DNA of 12,106 bases. Source: Candidatus Sericytochromatia bacterium. GTDB taxonomy: Bacteria > Cyanobacteriota > Sericytochromatia > S15B-MN24 > UBA4093. The translations under genes were made by a program, and so were the position numbers. Every line of letters begins with the position of its first letter. Within the stretch, counting starts at the first letter, position 1. The notes beneath the pieces were generated by a model. The model was given only the letters and a program-made list of their open reading frames with translations. It did no database searches and was not told the DNA's origin. The stretch lies in the NCBI GenBank assembly GCA_036676985.1, contig JAKFBU010000040.1, positions 1 to 12,106 on the forward strand, written 5' to 3'. Below, one piece after another: positions 7,981 to 12,106 of this stretch.

Positions 7981-8005
7981 GGCCCCTTCGGGGGCTCTTT
8001 TTTTT
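7981..8005 (+). terminator. Intrinsic terminator immediately upstream of the gdx RBS
   Basis: GCCCC-TTCG-GGGGC hairpin (cUUCGg loop) followed by TC and 8 T. RBS AAGGAG at 8008-8013. Confidence 0.8.
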
Positions 8006-8019
8006 GGAAGGAGACGGTC

Positions 8020-8340
8020 ATGTCCTGGGTCTATCTGGTGCTGGCGGGGTTGAGCGAGGTGGGGTGGGCCGTCGGGCTGAAGTACACCGAGGGCTTCACG
8101 AAGCTCTGGCCGAGCGTCGCGACGGTGGCGATGATGATCGTGAGCTTCGTGCTCCTGGGGCAGGCCCTGAAGACCCTGCCCATCGGGAGCGCCTACGCCA
8201 TCTGGACGGGGATCGGCGCAGTGGGGACGGCCATCGTCGGCATGCTCGTCTTCGGCGAGCCGCGCGACGCCATGCGGCTCACGTGCCTGGGGCTCATCGT
8301 GACGGGGATCGTCGGCCTGAAGCTCGTCACGCCCCACTAA
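8020..8340 (+). CDS. sugE: SMR family exporter, Gdx/SugE (guanidinium exporter) subtype
   Basis: 106 aa with 4 TM helices. [15 protein letters not shown] (G10, E13, W16) and [12 protein letters not shown] closely resemble E. coli SugE/Gdx as I recall it. Confidence 0.92.
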   Translation: MSWVYLVLAGLSEVGWAVGLKYTEGFTKLWPSVATVAMMIVSFVLLGQALKTLPIGSAYAIWTGIGAVGTAIVGMLVFGEPRDAMRLTCLGLIVTGIVGLKLVTPH

Positions 8341-8345
8341 AGGAA

Positions 8346-8402
8346 CCGTTCGCCCCTTCGACAGGCTCGGGACAGGCTTTCGACCTGGCTCAAGACGAAC
8401 GG
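8346..8402. repeat. REP-like element of the CTTCGAC..GCTC.GGAC type with two tandem units
   Basis: Outer IR CCGTTCG/CGAACGG encloses CTTCGACAGGCTCGGGACAG (8356-8375) and TTTCGACCTGGCTCAAGACG (8378-8397). Confidence 0.6.
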
Positions 8403-8477
8403 GATTGTTGTGGGTCTCATGCGGAAGCCGATTCAGCGCTTTCTGTATTCAATCTGGCAACATAGGCCTTCCAGCCA

Positions 8478-8507
8478 AAGCGCCCCCCGGAGCTCCGGGG
8501 GGCGCTT
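8478..8507. terminator. Perfect 30-bp palindrome, probable terminator between convergent genes
   Basis: AAGCGCCCCCCGGAG|CTCCGGGGGGCGCTT lies 17 nt past the lipoprotein stop and extends imperfectly to TTCCA/TGGAA. Confidence 0.7.
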
Positions 8508-8524
8508 CAGTTGGAAAGCGCGGG

Positions 8525-9328
8525 CTAGTTGGAGATGCCCGAGAGCTTCACGTCGCGGAAGGCCGCGAAGTTGCCGTTCGAGAGCAGCGCGAAGCTGTGC
8601 TGCACGTCGCGGATGAAGTTGGTATCCGTCAACTGCGCCTGGTACTCGCCGTTGATCCAGAGGCGCATGGTGCCCCGCTTGGTGTCGATCTCGGTCTTGA
8701 AGGTGATGGGCTCGTTGACCGCGAGCGAGGCGGTGGCCGTCATGTCGAACTTGCGGTAGGTCTCGGCCGCCCACTCGTCACCGGGCGTCAGGCCGTCCAC
8801 GAACCAGACCTCGTACTGGTCCTTGACCCGCTCGACGATGATGTAGTGGGTGCTGTCGAGGTAGTAGGGGATGAAGCCGATCACGCCCGCGGGGGCCCCG
8901 GCGATCACCGACTCGGTGGCCGTGACCGGGCGGTAGGCGAAGGCCGTGAGCTCGACCGAGTACCGGCTGGGAGCTTGCCCGTCCTCGAGGCCGAAGCCGT
9001 TGCCGTTGTACCGCTGGAACATGAGGGTGGCGGTCTGGACCTCCTGGGTCTGACGGTAGGTGTTGTTCACCGTCAGCCAGCGACCTGCCGCAAATCGGCC
9101 GGAGAAGCGCTCCTCGGTCGTGGTCGGATCCTCGAAGGGCGCCGGCGCGCTGCCGCTGAAGTCGAGGGTCGTGTTGGTCGGAACGTACTCGACCGAGGGC
9201 GCCGGAGAGGGGTTCCGGAGTTGCTTGCCCGGATCCGCCCCAGGAGCCGTCGTGCAGCCGACCACTCCGATCACCAGGGCGGCCAAGACCACGCCCAAAC
9301 CACGACGAATCCGGATGTTTCCTGCCAT
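8525..9328 (-). CDS. Hypothetical lipoprotein, beta-rich (possibly ConA-like/DUF1080-like sandwich)
   Basis: Basic N-region, hydrophobic stretch, lipobox VVGC, Pro-rich linker, alternating beta-strand pattern ending FAAFRDVKL. AGGAGG RBS. Confidence 0.8.
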   Translation of the reverse strand: MAGNIRIRRGLGVVLAALVIGVVGCTTAPGADPGKQLRNPSPAPSVEYVPTNTTLDFSGSAPAPFEDPTTTEERFSGRFAAGRWLTVNNTYRQTQEVQTATLMFQRYNGNGFGLEDGQAPSRYSVELTAFAYRPVTATESVIAGAPAGVIGFIPYYLDSTHYIIVERVKDQYEVWFVDGLTPGDEWAAETYRKFDMTATASLAVNEPITFKTEIDTKRGTMRLWINGEYQAQLTDTNFIRDVQHSFALLSNGNFAAFRDVKLSGISN

Positions 9329-9525
9329 GCTTTTCCTCCTGTTGGCCCGCGTTTAGTCCGGGGTGGACCTTTTCGGGGCCATCGTAGGAAAAACCTGTGC
9401 TCGCCGGTACGTTCAAGGCGACCAACAATCACCTGATAAAGCAGCCAAGCGTGATTGCGGACGACGAGCCGTCAAGCAAGCACATGACGCCTCAACGACA
9501 GCGCCTCAGGAACCCTTGCTTCGTT

Positions 9526-10490
9526 TCAGAAGGCGGCTCGGAGGGTGCCGACTCGGGTGCCGGCGTGATTCGTGAGGATCGGCTCGACCTGCTCGGCGAG
9601 CCCGGCGAGGTCCGTTTCCGATAGCAGGGAATGTCGGGAGAGCAGGGCGAGGACCACCGGCGGGATCACCCGGCGGTTGCCGTCCGCGATCTTCACGGCC
9701 CAGGCCATGCCCGTCGTGCGATCGCATCCCACGTGGACGGCCTCGGCGCCGGCCTTGGTCACCAGGTGACCGCCGCAGGCCTCCATGAGGATCGTGTCGA
9801 AGCGCCCCTCACCGGCCACCAGATCCGGGTGGTGGGCCATGGCCGTCTCCAGGCGCTCGAGGCGGGGATCCGCGACGAGGCGCGCCATGGCGACCGCGAG
9901 CGATCGCAGCGGCAGCCGCCACGCCGGCACGCCGCAGCCGTCGATGCCCGCCACCAGGCGCTCGGGTTCGAGCCCCGTCAGCTCCGCCAGGTGGGAGCGG
10001 ATCTCCTGCTGGAGGGGATGCTCGAACCGGTAGTAGGAGGCGAGATCCCAGCCGCGGACCCGGCACACGGCGAGCATGCCCGCATGCTTGCCGGAGCAGT
10101 TGTTGTGCAGGGGCGTGGCCGGCTCGTGGGCGCAGCGCATCCGCTCGGCGGTGGGCTCGTGCAGGGGCAGGTGCGCCCCGCAGTGCAGGTAGGCCGGATC
10201 GACCCCGGCCTTGTCCAGGATGGAGCGCGCCGCGGCCACGTGGCGCTCGGTGCCGCTGTGGGAGCTGCAGGCGATCGCAAGCTCCGACTCGGTCAGCCCG
10301 AGCCGATCGGCAGCGCCCGAGAGCAGCAGCGGCATGGCCTGGAAAGGCTTGAGGCTCGAGCGGGCGAAGACGTCCACCTCCCCGCCCACGGCCTCGACCA
10401 CGTGCCCGTGGGCATCCACGATCACGGCCCAGCCGAGGTGCCGACTCTCGACCCAGTCGCCGCGGGTCGCTTCCGCCAGAAGCACGGACG

Positions 10491-10494
<4 letters not shown>
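9526..10494 (-). CDS. L-asparaginase II (Rhizobium etli-type, class 3) family protein
   Basis: RGDWVESRH, RSSLKPFQ, CSSHSG, HNNCSGKHAGML, DGCG and KAGAEA. GTG 10494 overlaps the protease stop (GTGA). The ORF extension to 11412 is shadow frame. Confidence 0.92.
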
Positions 10495-11977
<1,483 letters not shown>

Positions 11978-11981
<4 letters not shown>

Positions 11982-12106
11982 CTCGAGAACCTCATCCCCT
12001 GCGTCACCGACTCGAACTTGCTCTGCCGGTTCGGCTTCACCGACGGCAGGTCGGCGCGAAGATCGACCGCGCTCTTGATGGCCGACACCTCGGTCGCCAC
12101 CGCGCG
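11978..12106 (-). CDS. C-terminal fragment of an unidentified protein (runs off the window)
   Basis: Open frame RAVATEVSAIKSAVDLRADLPSVKPNRQSKFESVTQGMRFSR* with GC3-rich codons. Its TGA overlaps the protease ATG. Confidence 0.75.

Noticed and set aside
9340-9400. Fragments (GCACAGG, CGAAA, CCGGACUAAAC on the minus strand) recalling a c-di-GMP-I riboswitch
   Set aside because: The core GGCAAA and GGGACGCAAA elements are absent.

Overview
High-GC bacterial chromosomal window, mostly housekeeping. It starts in the 3' part of a 5S rRNA gene whose sequence looks cyanobacterial-lineage (inference: a non-photosynthetic relative such as Sericytochromatia). Genes in order: GNAT acetyltransferase coupled to a biotin ligase, small hypothetical, MgtC/SapB protein, MBL/beta-CASP hydrolase, membrane-bound HAMP-PP2C (SpoIIE) phosphatase, 2-TM zinc-ribbon protein, ExbB/ExbD-like pair, Gdx/SugE exporter, unknown lipoprotein, and a minus-strand translationally coupled run (partial gene, S8 protease lipoprotein, class 3 asparaginase). 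The most interesting signals are non-coding. (1) The gdx leader has a promoter and a terminator just before the RBS but matches no guanidine riboswitch class I recognise. (2) Two C/G-tract REP-doublet elements are present, one apparently translated in-frame at the protease N-terminus. (3) A ~140-nt three-way-junction RNA precedes the beta-CASP gene. All structures were paired by eye and no searches were run.
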